A DNA stretch of 64,000 nucleotides. Origin: an uncultured virus (IMG/VR IMGVR_UViG_3300016471_000493). Lineage: Duplodnaviria > Heunggongvirae > Uroviricota > Caudoviricetes. This document shows, piece by piece, positions 47,852 to 57,022 of the stretch. The position numbers and the translations under genes are program-made. Under the pieces are notes generated by a model, which did no database searches, was not told where the DNA came from, and saw nothing but the letters and a program-made list of their open reading frames with translations. How positions within the stretch are numbered: the first letter of the stretch is position 1; each line of letters starts with the position of its first letter. The stretch is taken from IMG/VR virus record IMGVR_UViG_3300016471_000493. The stretch is one strand, 5' to 3'.

Positions 47852-48785
47852 TAATTATTTTTTTAATTTTTTCCCATAAATTAAAATCTGAATTTACAAA
47901 AAATTCTTGCTTTAAATTTTTTATATTAGGAATATAATATTCATAATATTCTTGATAATTATCAAGAATATCGTTTATTTTAAAAACCATTTCTTCTAGA
48001 TTTAGTCCATTTAAATAAATATAACAATTTTCTGGAATATATTTTTGAATGTTATTGCAACCTAAATATATTGGAATTCCATCTGTTAGAATTATGTCCC
48101 AAAACTTTTCACTGATATAATTTTTTTGTATAGTATTTTCACAAGCAATTGAAAAATTGTACTTATCTAATGCGATGTGCTTATTCCAAACCTGACCTTT
48201 TATATTTTCACCATTATTTTCCCAATTTATTCCATAAACATCAATCAATTTGTTTTTTGATAACTCTATACCTAAATTTGTTCTTTCTTCATAGTTTATT
48301 ACATTACTTATTAAATTTGATAAATTAGTTAAATTTGAACAATAATCTTTTCTTACAACAATTGATATTGGTTTAGTTTTTTCATATTCATTATTTTTTA
48401 TTTTTAATGACCATTCATATTCTTCTCTAGAATCATTTTCTCCTGACCCACCATAAAACATTGGAAGTAAAGTTTCAATATATTCCTCTCTATCTGGATA
48501 TTCATTTTTGTCAGATATTAAAATCTTTGAGCAATAATTGTGAATATCATCTTTTGGTTGATTTGGAGACCATAATGGTTCTTGAGATATGTAAAATGTT
48601 TTTTCTTTTAAAGTTTCTAATTTATTCCATTCTGTTTTTCCAAAAACAATAGTATAGTCTGGATTTTGTAATACAAATTCGTATTTGTTTAAATCATTAT
48701 CAGAAACAAATTGTTTAATAAACCTAGTTTGTAATGACGTGAAATCTGTCCACCAACATTCTAGTTTAATTTTTATTTTTTCCAT
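47841..48785 (-). CDS. GT10 alpha-1,3/4-fucosyltransferase-like protein
   Basis: YNFSIACEN....YISEKFWD....IPIYLG, the GT10 motif. Confidence 0.8.
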   Translation of the reverse strand: MEKIKIKLECWWTDFTSLQTRFIKQFVSDNDLNKYEFVLQNPDYTIVFGKTEWNKLETLKEKTFYISQEPLWSPNQPKDDIHNYCSKILISDKNEYPDREEYIETLLPMFYGGSGENDSREEYEWSLKIKNNEYEKTKPISIVVRKDYCSNLTNLSNLISNVINYEERTNLGIELSKNKLIDVYGINWENNGENIKGQVWNKHIALDKYNFSIACENTIQKNYISEKFWDIILTDGIPIYLGCNNIQKYIPENCYIYLNGLNLEEMVFKINDILDNYQEYYEYYIPNIKNLKQEFFVNSDFNLWEKIKKIINEN

Positions 48786-49537
48786 AATTTCTCTTTATTT
48801 TGTTTAAAAAATTCTTCATAAGGATACAAATGTGAATCAGGTATTATTTTATCACAGACCATTCCAAACATTCCAGAAATTCCACTATTCGCGTTTATAC
48901 AATTATATTTTTTGTTGAAAATATAATCGCGGTTGAAAAAGGAATATTTTCCAACACCTGGTTCTATATCTTTGTGTCTTATATCAGAAATAATATTGTT
49001 AACACCTTGAACGTTAAGATTATAAACATCTCTACCTGTTTTTTCTATTATTCTATAAGTTATATCACCATCCTCTTCTCCAAACCCTAATAATCTTTCA
49101 TCGAAGTAACCTAAAGAATCTATAAAATACTTATTAACAACAAAATAAGAAAATGTACTGTTTATTTTAGATAAACCAAAATACTCATTATTCTCTATAT
49201 GATTAGAAACTACCTCGAAAATATTTGAATTAAAAATATGGATATCATCATTAAGAATCAAAATGTTGTCTTTTGTAGAATGAATTATCAAAGTATTCCA
49301 CATTTTTGAAAGACCTCTTATCTCAATAAAAAAAATAGGAAAAATATTATAACTTGATGAACATAAATTTAATATTTTTTTTCTGTATTCCTCATCAAAA
49401 TTACCATCTTTTTCTCCGTTTATACAAAGAATTATATTATTTTTTATACCTAATTCCCTTATTTTATTTACTGTGTTCTCTACAAAATCATATCTAGCAG
49501 AAAACGTAGTAATTCCGATATCAAAGTTATTTTTCAT
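48773..49537 (-). CDS. GT2-like glycosyltransferase
   Basis: GLSKMWN, LILNDD and GYFDERLLGFGEEDGD. Confidence 0.75.
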   Translation of the reverse strand: MKNNFDIGITTFSARYDFVENTVNKIRELGIKNNIILCINGEKDGNFDEEYRKKILNLCSSSYNIFPIFFIEIRGLSKMWNTLIIHSTKDNILILNDDIHIFNSNIFEVVSNHIENNEYFGLSKINSTFSYFVVNKYFIDSLGYFDERLLGFGEEDGDITYRIIEKTGRDVYNLNVQGVNNIISDIRHKDIEPGVGKYSFFNRDYIFNKKYNCINANSGISGMFGMVCDKIIPDSHLYPYEEFFKQNKEKLWKK

Positions 49538-50565
49538 TTTTAATTATATTTTTAATTTTTAATGAAAGTTCTTTTTTAAATTCTCGATACCATTCAGAAA
49601 CATCACTAAAAAGTTTCGAGTAAATTTCATTTTCCATATTTTTAAACATTTCAATTTCTAACCATGATTCTACAAAAGGGATAGGAGAATTGCCCCAGAC
49701 TTTATCAAAATACTCACAATTATTATATTTTTTCAATATGGGAATTGATCCTGACTCCAAAGACTCCATAATTCTGAAAGAATCTGGATGTTGCCATCCC
49801 ATGGGACATGGGACAAATTTACTGTCAGAATATATTTTTATGCACTCATCCTGACTCATTGAAGTTTTACAATTCCAAGAAAGAGTTTTATGTATAAAAA
49901 CATTGTCCATTTTTTCTAAAATATCTAATAGTTCAAATCGATCTGATTTTGGTTGTCCTATAAAACAAAAATCATATTTTTTATTGGTAATAGAATTCTC
50001 ACTTTTACTGAGGAATCCACTTTTTATTCCCAAAGGAACAAATGTAACATTTTCTTGTTTGATATTGACATCATAATAGTTTCTGAAAACATGTTTTGCT
50101 TTATCATAGTAAGAACAATCATGGTTCAAACTTTCATTGGAAAGATGAAAAAGATAATAATTGAATCCATTTTCTTCAAATTTTTTCAAATAATTTTTGA
50201 AATCTTCAGATATTGAAGATTGATCTGTTGAGTAAACAATTATTGAATTATTTTTTATTGTGCTAAAAGTAGAATTATCAAAAAATTTATTAAATTTTAA
50301 ATTTTTCAATAAAATTTCATTTAAATAGTCGTACTCGAATGTTGTTTGATCCCCATTTTGAGTTTGCCATATTACGTTCAATTCTAAATCTTTTTCTTTT
50401 TCAACAATCCAACAAGCACCCATCTGTCTTATATCAAAGTTATTTTTCATTTTAAATTATATTTTTAATTTTTAATGAAAGTTCTTTTTTAAATTCTCGA
50501 TACTATTCAGAAACATTACTAAAAAGTTTTGAATAACTTTCATTTTCCATATTTTTAAACATTTC
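49518..50565. repeat. 135-bp direct repeat (49518-49652 and 50431-50565) bracketing the GT47-like gene
   Basis: atatcaaagttatttttcatttt...ccatatttttaaacatttc occurs twice, 913 bp apart. The second copy carries TGG>TAG and AAA>TAA changes. Confidence 0.9.
49527..50450 (-). CDS. Exostosin/GT47-like glycosyltransferase
   Basis: YDFCFIGQ...R; SKFVPCPMG...DSFRIMESLESGSIP. Confidence 0.65.
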   Translation of the reverse strand: MKNNFDIRQMGACWIVEKEKDLELNVIWQTQNGDQTTFEYDYLNEILLKNLKFNKFFDNSTFSTIKNNSIIVYSTDQSSISEDFKNYLKKFEENGFNYYLFHLSNESLNHDCSYYDKAKHVFRNYYDVNIKQENVTFVPLGIKSGFLSKSENSITNKKYDFCFIGQPKSDRFELLDILEKMDNVFIHKTLSWNCKTSMSQDECIKIYSDSKFVPCPMGWQHPDSFRIMESLESGSIPILKKYNNCEYFDKVWGNSPIPFVESWLEIEMFKNMENEIYSKLFSDVSEWYREFKKELSLKIKNIIKNEK

Positions 50566-50589
50566 TAGTTTCGATAAAAATGTTCTATT

Positions 50590-51840
50590 TTAGTAAAGGT
50601 TTCCAGTAATTCTATCACACCAACCTTTGGATTCAGAGTGTGGCCAAACTACCCAATATTTTGGTTTATGTACTGTTTGAAATTCTCTCCACACTTTACA
50701 ATAGCCATCAGGGTCACTCATCATTCTTGCAATTTCTGATTTATCTGCGTCTTTTCTAAAAAGAGTTTCATCATTTTCATCATGGAATGCAACTACCCAA
50801 AAATCATAATCTTGTTCTGTGACTTGAGAATACCCAATATCAATACAATGTTTAAATATTAATGCAAAATCTAGTTTCCAATCTTCTTCGGACGAATAAT
50901 TATAAGGATTTGGTGGGTACTTTTTATCCAAAGTATATTGTTGAACAGCTCTTTTCTCAAAAAGTAAACCTGAAAATTTTTCGTAATCTCTTAAAGTCCT
51001 AATTTTTCCAAACCCATATTTTCCAGTATGGCCTTCTTGTTCTAATCCATCCATACCAAATAATTTTCTATTTGTTAAATGAGATACATTATTTTTATCT
51101 ACCCAATTTTTATCATCATCCCATTGTTTAGTTCTACCTTTTCTTGTATATTCATGCCAAATAAGTACTTTATGTGGATGGAACAAATCGTATCCCCAAG
51201 TGTACGCTCTTGCGGCTATTGATATCTCTTCACCATGAAAATAATATTCAGGATTATGTTGAACTTCGTTAGAAAATTTACCCAAAGTAAAGGCGTAATG
51301 TGCTGAATAAAATCTAGCGGGCACTGGTTCAGTCATACTTTGCCAGTCAGGTATTGTTTCAGGTAAAAAAAATACCGCGCCTTCAGGTATAAATCGATCA
51401 AAAACCATTCTCCATGGTTCTTGTATTCTTGCCGCAGGGTCATTTTCAGGGTCAAATGAAGATACATAACCTGTAAGTAACGGTTTTTTATATCCTTTTT
51501 TCTGTAATTGTTTAACCATTGCGATCATTTCAGTATCCCAATTAGGTGCAAATCTCATGTGAGAATCAATTTGAAGTGTGTATGTTTCATTATTATACAA
51601 TTGTTGAACTTGATTTCTAGCCCAACACACACCTTTAGATTCCGTGTATGGAATATTTAAGATTCTAAATCTTTCATCCAACATAAATTCTGAAAGATCG
51701 TCAAATTTATCATCTTGATGAAATTGTCTTGCAATCCCAAATGTTAAATTTTTAGGTTTTTCAGAATTTTCTATGCAACTTTTTATTGTTTTAATTAATT
51801 CTGGGTCTCTATAAGAGGCGATTTGAACAAATATTTTCAT
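50590..51840 (-). CDS. GT60-type polypeptide alpha-GlcNAc transferase (Gnt1/Gnt2-like)
   Basis: IFVQIASYRDPEL..T, GVCWAR, LQIDSHMRF..WD, LLTGY and FHGEE..AARAYTWGYD. Confidence 0.8.
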   Translation of the reverse strand: MKIFVQIASYRDPELIKTIKSCIENSEKPKNLTFGIARQFHQDDKFDDLSEFMLDERFRILNIPYTESKGVCWARNQVQQLYNNETYTLQIDSHMRFAPNWDTEMIAMVKQLQKKGYKKPLLTGYVSSFDPENDPAARIQEPWRMVFDRFIPEGAVFFLPETIPDWQSMTEPVPARFYSAHYAFTLGKFSNEVQHNPEYYFHGEEISIAARAYTWGYDLFHPHKVLIWHEYTRKGRTKQWDDDKNWVDKNNVSHLTNRKLFGMDGLEQEGHTGKYGFGKIRTLRDYEKFSGLLFEKRAVQQYTLDKKYPPNPYNYSSEEDWKLDFALIFKHCIDIGYSQVTEQDYDFWVVAFHDENDETLFRKDADKSEIARMMSDPDGYCKVWREFQTVHKPKYWVVWPHSESKGWCDRITGNLY

Positions 51841-51907
51841 ATTAAAATTTTATTTTGATTGAAAAATAAAATATTAAAATATAAAATAAATAAATTTTTA
51901 ATTTTTT

Positions 51908-54900
51908 TTAAACATATGTACAAGTATCTCCACATGTTTGTCCACTACTCGTGTTTCCATTATTAAATATTACATTTGCAACACATTCTAATGATACAGG
52001 AACTTCGTATGCGCCAGAAGTTGTGGTACCATTACAAAGTAAAACCTCATAATTATTTACTTGACCCGCAATTGGTAATAATACAATTGATTTACAAGTA
52101 ATACACGGAGTTTTTGTTACGGTTGGTGTAACTGATGTTGTATTTGTTGGCGTAACAGATGTTGTGTTTGTCGGTGTTTGAGTGTTTTTCGGTGTCGGAG
52201 TTATTGAACTTGTTGTCGTTGGTGTTATAGTATTTGTTGGTGTAACAGATATTGTATTTGTAGGTGTCGGAGTTATTGAACTTGTTGTCGTTGATGTTAT
52301 AGTATTTGTTGGTGTCGGAGTTATTGAACTTGTTGTCGTTGGTGTTATAGTATTTGTTGGTGTAACAGATATTGTATTTGTAGGTGTCGGAGTTATTGAA
52401 CTTGTTGTCGTTGGTGTTATAGTATTTGTTGGTGTAATAGATATTGTATTTGTAGGTGTCGGAGTTATTGAACTTGTTGTCGTTGACGTTATAGTATTTG
52501 TTGGTGTCGGAGTTATCGAACCTGTTGTCGTTGGTGTTATAGTATTTGTTGGTGTCGGAGTTATCGAACTTGTTGTCGTTGGCGTTACAGTATTTGTTGA
52601 TGTAACAGATGTTGTGTTTGTTGGTGTTATAGTGTTTGTTGGTGTTATAGTGTTTGTTGGTGTAACTGATGTTGTATTTGTAGGTGTCGGAGTTATAGAA
52701 CTTGTTGTTGTTGGTGTTTGAGTGTTTGTAGGTGTAACTGATGTTGTATTTGTTGGTGTTTGAGTATTTGTCGGTGTTTGAGTATTTGTTGGTGTAACTG
52801 ATGTTGTATTTGTTGGTGTTGGAGTTATAGAACTTGTTATTGTTGGTGTTATAGTATTTGTTGGCGTAATTGTATTTAATGGAGTTGCTGTTGGAGTTGA
52901 ATCTATACAAGTAAAACAATAAGCGTTAAAAAACTTATATTTTGGTTCTAATATTCTTGCATTATGTTGTATTTCAGGTATAGTTAAAGGTTTTGTATAC
53001 ATCGAAAATGAAGAAATTCCTCCATCGAATGTCCCAGCAAAATTCTGTTCAATTAAAATATTAGTAGTTAATGAGCTTAAACTTGTTCCACTTAAAATGT
53101 TTGGTGGAAATAATTCAGGATCTTGGATATAGGAATTCAAATCATTAGGGGTTGCACTAAAAATTAAATTATCGTGTAGTCCTTGAGTACCTCCACCCCA
53201 TGAAATATTAAACGGCACACCTACTTGAGTTTCTTTGTGACCATAAAGTCCTCTTGGAATAATTTCTTCTACATTATCAAAAGTTTCAAATAATTTACCA
53301 TTTATAAAAATTTTAAATTTTCCTTTACGGAACTCTTTTTCTAATAACCACTCATTATTAAGTTGTATCAACTCTTCTTTTTCAGGATTTAATTGGTAAT
53401 GTGTTATTGGTGGTGAAATTAATGAAACCGAATTACTATCTGTAGATGTTGTGAATGCTAAATTAGAAATTACACCTAAACCACCAAGGTAAACTAAGTC
53501 ACATTCATCTAATGTTGTATTTCTTTCAAATACCACATCAATTAAAACCCAATGTTCATCTAGTGAATAAGTAGTTCCACTACATTCATCGTATATTCTT
53601 TTTGTAGTACAATAGTTATTAATTGAGTATCCAGTTTGAGATTCAAAACCTGTTGTTTCACAACTACCACTAGTTACACAATCACCCGTCATAGTTAATG
53701 TCCTAATACATATTTTTGGATTTGTTGGATCGCCACTAAATCTTACGGCTAGTGCATTGGACATCCCGTTATAGGATGCGTCTTGTTCTACCACAGGGAC
53801 TTGTGGTTCATCAGGACAACAAGAACTTTCCGTGTAGTGATAATCTGTAATCCCTGTAGGTGGATATACAAAATAACAATCGGAATTATTGTATTCTAAA
53901 AAATTTAATTTATCAACAATCCAATATTGAAAATCTCCTTTTCCAACACGATAGGTTGTAACAAATTGTAAAGAACTTGTTTCGGCTGAATACCCAATAA
54001 CATTACCTGTTAAAAAAGCAAGTTCGTTATGATATACAACACAAGTATCTCCTGAAGTCCATAACAAATCTTGGCCAACTTGAATTGTCGCACCCGAAAC
54101 ACTCAAGTCAAAATGAGATGTGGAGCTAGTTGAGTATCCTGGATTTAATGTTGTACAATCGCAAGTTGTTAAATCTTTTAATTTTTTAGTTACTCGATCA
54201 TAATCAGGATCTGTAGGATTTTTTCCTTGTGCGAAGTGCCAATATTTGTTTTCGGCACGAGTTCCTAAGTAGAAAAAAATACCCGAATTGTTTGGGTAAT
54301 ATTGGTTTAGAGTTGTTTTACCTGATGGTGTTGAATACTGATTGTATATCCTTGGTTTCAGTGTCATTTCAACTGTCCAACCTTTGGTATATCTTTCAGG
54401 TAGTATTTTATAATTATACCCAAAAAGTTCATAAAAACCTTGATAAAACCCTCCGTAAAGTTCATTGTAAACTCCAATTGTATTAGCGGTGTACGATACT
54501 ATTTCATAGGAAGTTTCTGCTGTGATTCCCGAAAATCTATGATTTGGATGGCTCGTATATCCAGTTACTTGAAATAATTTTAATCGTCTATCAAATTTTA
54601 GTCGGTCGAACTTTTCACTATCATCCAATAATCCTTCAGTATATGAGATGCTTTGACCTGTCATTCCTGTAACCAATCCATTGTCAGTGCCTGTTAAACC
54701 TATATCACAAATATTTTTTCCTGAAAAACAATCCAAAATATAATGGTAAGGATTGTAATAATTTTCAGAAACTATTACGTTTTCCCTTTTATACTCACCA
54801 AATGGCAAATCTATTTTCTGAGATGATCCTGAAAAATTTAAATCAATTTTTACAGGTAATATATTACCATTATTTGCACCAATAATTAATGGCGAAAAAA

Positions 54901-55015
54901 CAACTTCTTCATTGTATTGTCGTTCATCATTGGCTAAAGAAATATCCGAAATTTGTAATACAGGTTGTAAATACAACTTTGATTTGACATATTGGTTAAT
55001 GTTTTGATAAGCCAT
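51908..55015 (-). CDS. LamG/concanavalin-like structural protein with a long C-terminal mucin-like Thr/Pro tract and Cys module
   Basis: GWTVEMTLKP, GIFFYLGTRAENK, KIFINGKL and FDGGISSFSMYTKPLTIPEI; ~260-aa TPT tract. Confidence 0.7.
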   Translation of the reverse strand: MAYQNINQYVKSKLYLQPVLQISDISLANDERQYNEEVVFSPLIIGANNGNILPVKIDLNFSGSSQKIDLPFGEYKRENVIVSENYYNPYHYILDCFSGKNICDIGLTGTDNGLVTGMTGQSISYTEGLLDDSEKFDRLKFDRRLKLFQVTGYTSHPNHRFSGITAETSYEIVSYTANTIGVYNELYGGFYQGFYELFGYNYKILPERYTKGWTVEMTLKPRIYNQYSTPSGKTTLNQYYPNNSGIFFYLGTRAENKYWHFAQGKNPTDPDYDRVTKKLKDLTTCDCTTLNPGYSTSSTSHFDLSVSGATIQVGQDLLWTSGDTCVVYHNELAFLTGNVIGYSAETSSLQFVTTYRVGKGDFQYWIVDKLNFLEYNNSDCYFVYPPTGITDYHYTESSCCPDEPQVPVVEQDASYNGMSNALAVRFSGDPTNPKICIRTLTMTGDCVTSGSCETTGFESQTGYSINNYCTTKRIYDECSGTTYSLDEHWVLIDVVFERNTTLDECDLVYLGGLGVISNLAFTTSTDSNSVSLISPPITHYQLNPEKEELIQLNNEWLLEKEFRKGKFKIFINGKLFETFDNVEEIIPRGLYGHKETQVGVPFNISWGGGTQGLHDNLIFSATPNDLNSYIQDPELFPPNILSGTSLSSLTTNILIEQNFAGTFDGGISSFSMYTKPLTIPEIQHNARILEPKYKFFNAYCFTCIDSTPTATPLNTITPTNTITPTITSSITPTPTNTTSVTPTNTQTPTNTQTPTNTTSVTPTNTQTPTTTSSITPTPTNTTSVTPTNTITPTNTITPTNTTSVTSTNTVTPTTTSSITPTPTNTITPTTTGSITPTPTNTITSTTTSSITPTPTNTISITPTNTITPTTTSSITPTPTNTISVTPTNTITPTTTSSITPTPTNTITSTTTSSITPTPTNTISVTPTNTITPTTTSSITPTPKNTQTPTNTTSVTPTNTTSVTPTVTKTPCITCKSIVLLPIAGQVNNYEVLLCNGTTTSGAYEVPVSLECVANVIFNNGNTSSGQTCGDTCTYV
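52110..52900 (-). repeat. Long coding tandem repeats (TPTNTITPTTTSSITPTPTNTISV variants)
   Basis: ggtgtcggagttattgaacttgttgtcgttg..gttatagtatttgtt recurring many times. Confidence 0.9.
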
Positions 55016-55019
55016 ATGA

Positions 55020-55044
55020 ATAAATACAATTAGAAAGTATTTAT
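55020..55044. promoter_or_regulatory. Back-to-back TATTTAT candidate late-promoter motifs serving the divergent genes starting at 55015 (-) and 55058 (+)
   Basis: ataaata at 55020-55026 and tatttat at 55038-55044. The same coding-strand motif precedes most operon starts in the window. Confidence 0.55.
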
Positions 55045-55057
55045 ATTAAAAAAAATT

Positions 55058-55870
55058 ATGATTCAATACGGAGAGGAATATTTTTTTAACAATATGTACT
55101 TCTTTTTGAAGAAAAACATCGACTCTATTGATGTCTATTATTCGAATGGGAAAAATTTATCCGAATCTAGACGTGACGAGGAAATTATGTCTTTTCCACA
55201 TTCTTCAGAAAAAAATTTAAAGTTGATTTTTGAAAAAATTCAAAAATCCAAAAAAAGATTTTCAAAAAAACAAATTCAAAAGATTTTATCAAAGATTAAA
55301 CTCGGGAAAAATGGTGAAATAGACGAACTAGTAGATTTTGATGGTAGTTTGAGTAATTCAAAAATTCCAATACATGATCCAAAAATGTCTCCAAGAAAAA
55401 CTATGGATCAAACAGTATTCGCGGTGGCTCAACCAGGAAATCCCGTTATGAGAGGATACCGAGTTTATTGGGGTGAAAGTGTTCAAAGAGAAGAAGATAT
55501 GTCCAAAGCATTTGGATGGGAAGAAACAAAAGACTTGTCACCAAAAGAAACCATAGATACTTTAGAAGATATGGGGGTTGAAAATCCTGAAGAAAGAGCT
55601 AAAGAGTTTGGTAAAGTAATCAAAATAAATAGAAATAGGTTACCAAATTCTGATATTCGTATGATCGTTAAGGAAAGAAAAAATAAAATGAAAGATGTTG
55701 TAGAGGACATTTTAACTAAAAAACATTTAGATGGTGACATTAAAAATAAAAATCTTGAAATGACCGAAGTTTTAAAAAAAAACATAAAATCTGTGATTAA
55801 AATGGCTAAAAAAGAAAATTTAGGAATTTCAGATATAATTAGAGTAATAAGAAGTTCAGAATATGAATAG
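55058..55870 (+). CDS. Hypothetical phage protein
   Basis: 270-aa ORF preceded by a TATTTAT motif; first gene of a coupled + strand operon. Confidence 0.6.
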   Translation: MIQYGEEYFFNNMYFFLKKNIDSIDVYYSNGKNLSESRRDEEIMSFPHSSEKNLKLIFEKIQKSKKRFSKKQIQKILSKIKLGKNGEIDELVDFDGSLSNSKIPIHDPKMSPRKTMDQTVFAVAQPGNPVMRGYRVYWGESVQREEDMSKAFGWEETKDLSPKETIDTLEDMGVENPEERAKEFGKVIKINRNRLPNSDIRMIVKERKNKMKDVVEDILTKKHLDGDIKNKNLEMTEVLKKNIKSVIKMAKKENLGISDIIRVIRSSEYE

Positions 55871-56330
55871 TCAATTGTACGATAAAAAATGGAATTTTTC
55901 CGAAGATATGAGAAATCATATGAAAATTTGTTTTGCTAAAGTGAAAAATGCAGATCAAAATACGGAAGGGTATAATCGAAACTTACGATTACAAAATACT
56001 CAACAACTATCATATCCTGAATTAAAAAGAATTAAAAATTTTTTTGATACTTATAAAGGTAGAAATGTGGATGCTCCTTTTATTTTGAATGGTGAAAATA
56101 AAATGAAAGATTTTGTTAACACATGTTTATCTAGTTCTAGGCGAAGTATACAAAGTTCAGAAAAAATTAAAAGAGATACAGGGATGGATAATGAGTACAT
56201 TCAAGTACCAACCGTAGATATCAATCTTAACATCGCTAAAACAACACCAAAAAAAACAAACATACAACAATACGATTTGAAAGTAACAGAAAATCTTAAA
56301 AGAATAAACGAAATTTTAAATAAAATTTAA
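55863..56330 (+). CDS. Hypothetical phage protein
   Basis: 155-aa ORF with a coupled start; LSYPELKRIKNFF; C-terminal TENLKRINEIL. Confidence 0.6.
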   Translation: MNSQLYDKKWNFSEDMRNHMKICFAKVKNADQNTEGYNRNLRLQNTQQLSYPELKRIKNFFDTYKGRNVDAPFILNGENKMKDFVNTCLSSSRRSIQSSEKIKRDTGMDNEYIQVPTVDINLNIAKTTPKKTNIQQYDLKVTENLKRINEILNKI

Positions 56331-56335
56331 AAATT

Positions 56336-56626
56336 ATGGCACTAGAACCACTAGACTTCTCTCAACCAGAGAACAAATTAACTTCAATTGCGGAAATTGA
56401 AAGAAAAAAAAATTTAGTAAAAAATGATTTTAAACAACAAGGTAATGAATATTCTTCCACAAATCCAGCCGCAATTGGGGATGGGGATAGAATAGGCAGA
56501 GGTACTGGATCATTTTTAGATGTTTATAACGAAGCCGCAGGAACAACTGTTGATATTCTAGAAAGAAAACTAAATATTAAATTCAATTTATACCAACCAA
56601 ACAGTCCTTATAAGGTTGAGCAATAA
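56336..56626 (+). CDS. Hypothetical phage protein
   Basis: 96-aa ORF in the operon; GDGDRIGRGTG. Confidence 0.6.
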   Translation: MALEPLDFSQPENKLTSIAEIERKKNLVKNDFKQQGNEYSSTNPAAIGDGDRIGRGTGSFLDVYNEAAGTTVDILERKLNIKFNLYQPNSPYKVEQ

Positions 56627-57021
56627 TGAAACTTATTGAATCTCTATCTAGTCTTATTTTAGAAGCCGCGTCTATCAATGACATTAAAAATTCGATAGAG
56701 AAAAAACAAATATGTACCATATATTATACAGGAGACGAACCTGGTGGTAGAGGTTTGAGAGAAATTGAACCTGTATGTTTAGGTTATTCTAAAGCGAATA
56801 ATTTAGTTTTAAGAGCTTGGGACCAAACAGGTGCTTCACACACAGGATATTTAGGTTCTCAACCTTTACCAGGATGGAGATTATTTAGAGTCGATAAAAT
56901 AACAATGTATAAACCTTTGCGAACAAATTTTAATCAACCTAGACCAAATTACAATTTTAATGGTGACAAAAGTATGAGTAGGATTATTATTAATGCAAAG
57001 TTTAACACACAAACAGTATAA
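56626..57021 (+). CDS. Stand-alone WYL-domain protein
   Basis: IYYTG....REIEPVCLG...LVLRAW...GWRLFRVDKI. Confidence 0.75.
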   Translation: MKLIESLSSLILEAASINDIKNSIEKKQICTIYYTGDEPGGRGLREIEPVCLGYSKANNLVLRAWDQTGASHTGYLGSQPLPGWRLFRVDKITMYKPLRTNFNQPRPNYNFNGDKSMSRIIINAKFNTQTV

Positions 57022-57022
57022 T

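Noticed and set aside
50412..50428. Short match (QMGA; aagcacccat.tg.c) between the GT47-like N-terminus and the protease end near 15403
   Set aside because: At about 17 nt with mismatches it is too short to distinguish from chance.
13260..52919. Val/Gly-rich and Tyr/Asn/Lys-rich ORFs (e.g. 13260, 13518, 18257, 34520, 39009, 52092, 52182)
   Set aside because: They are antisense or alternative-frame shadows of the Thr/Pro tandem repeats, not independent genes.
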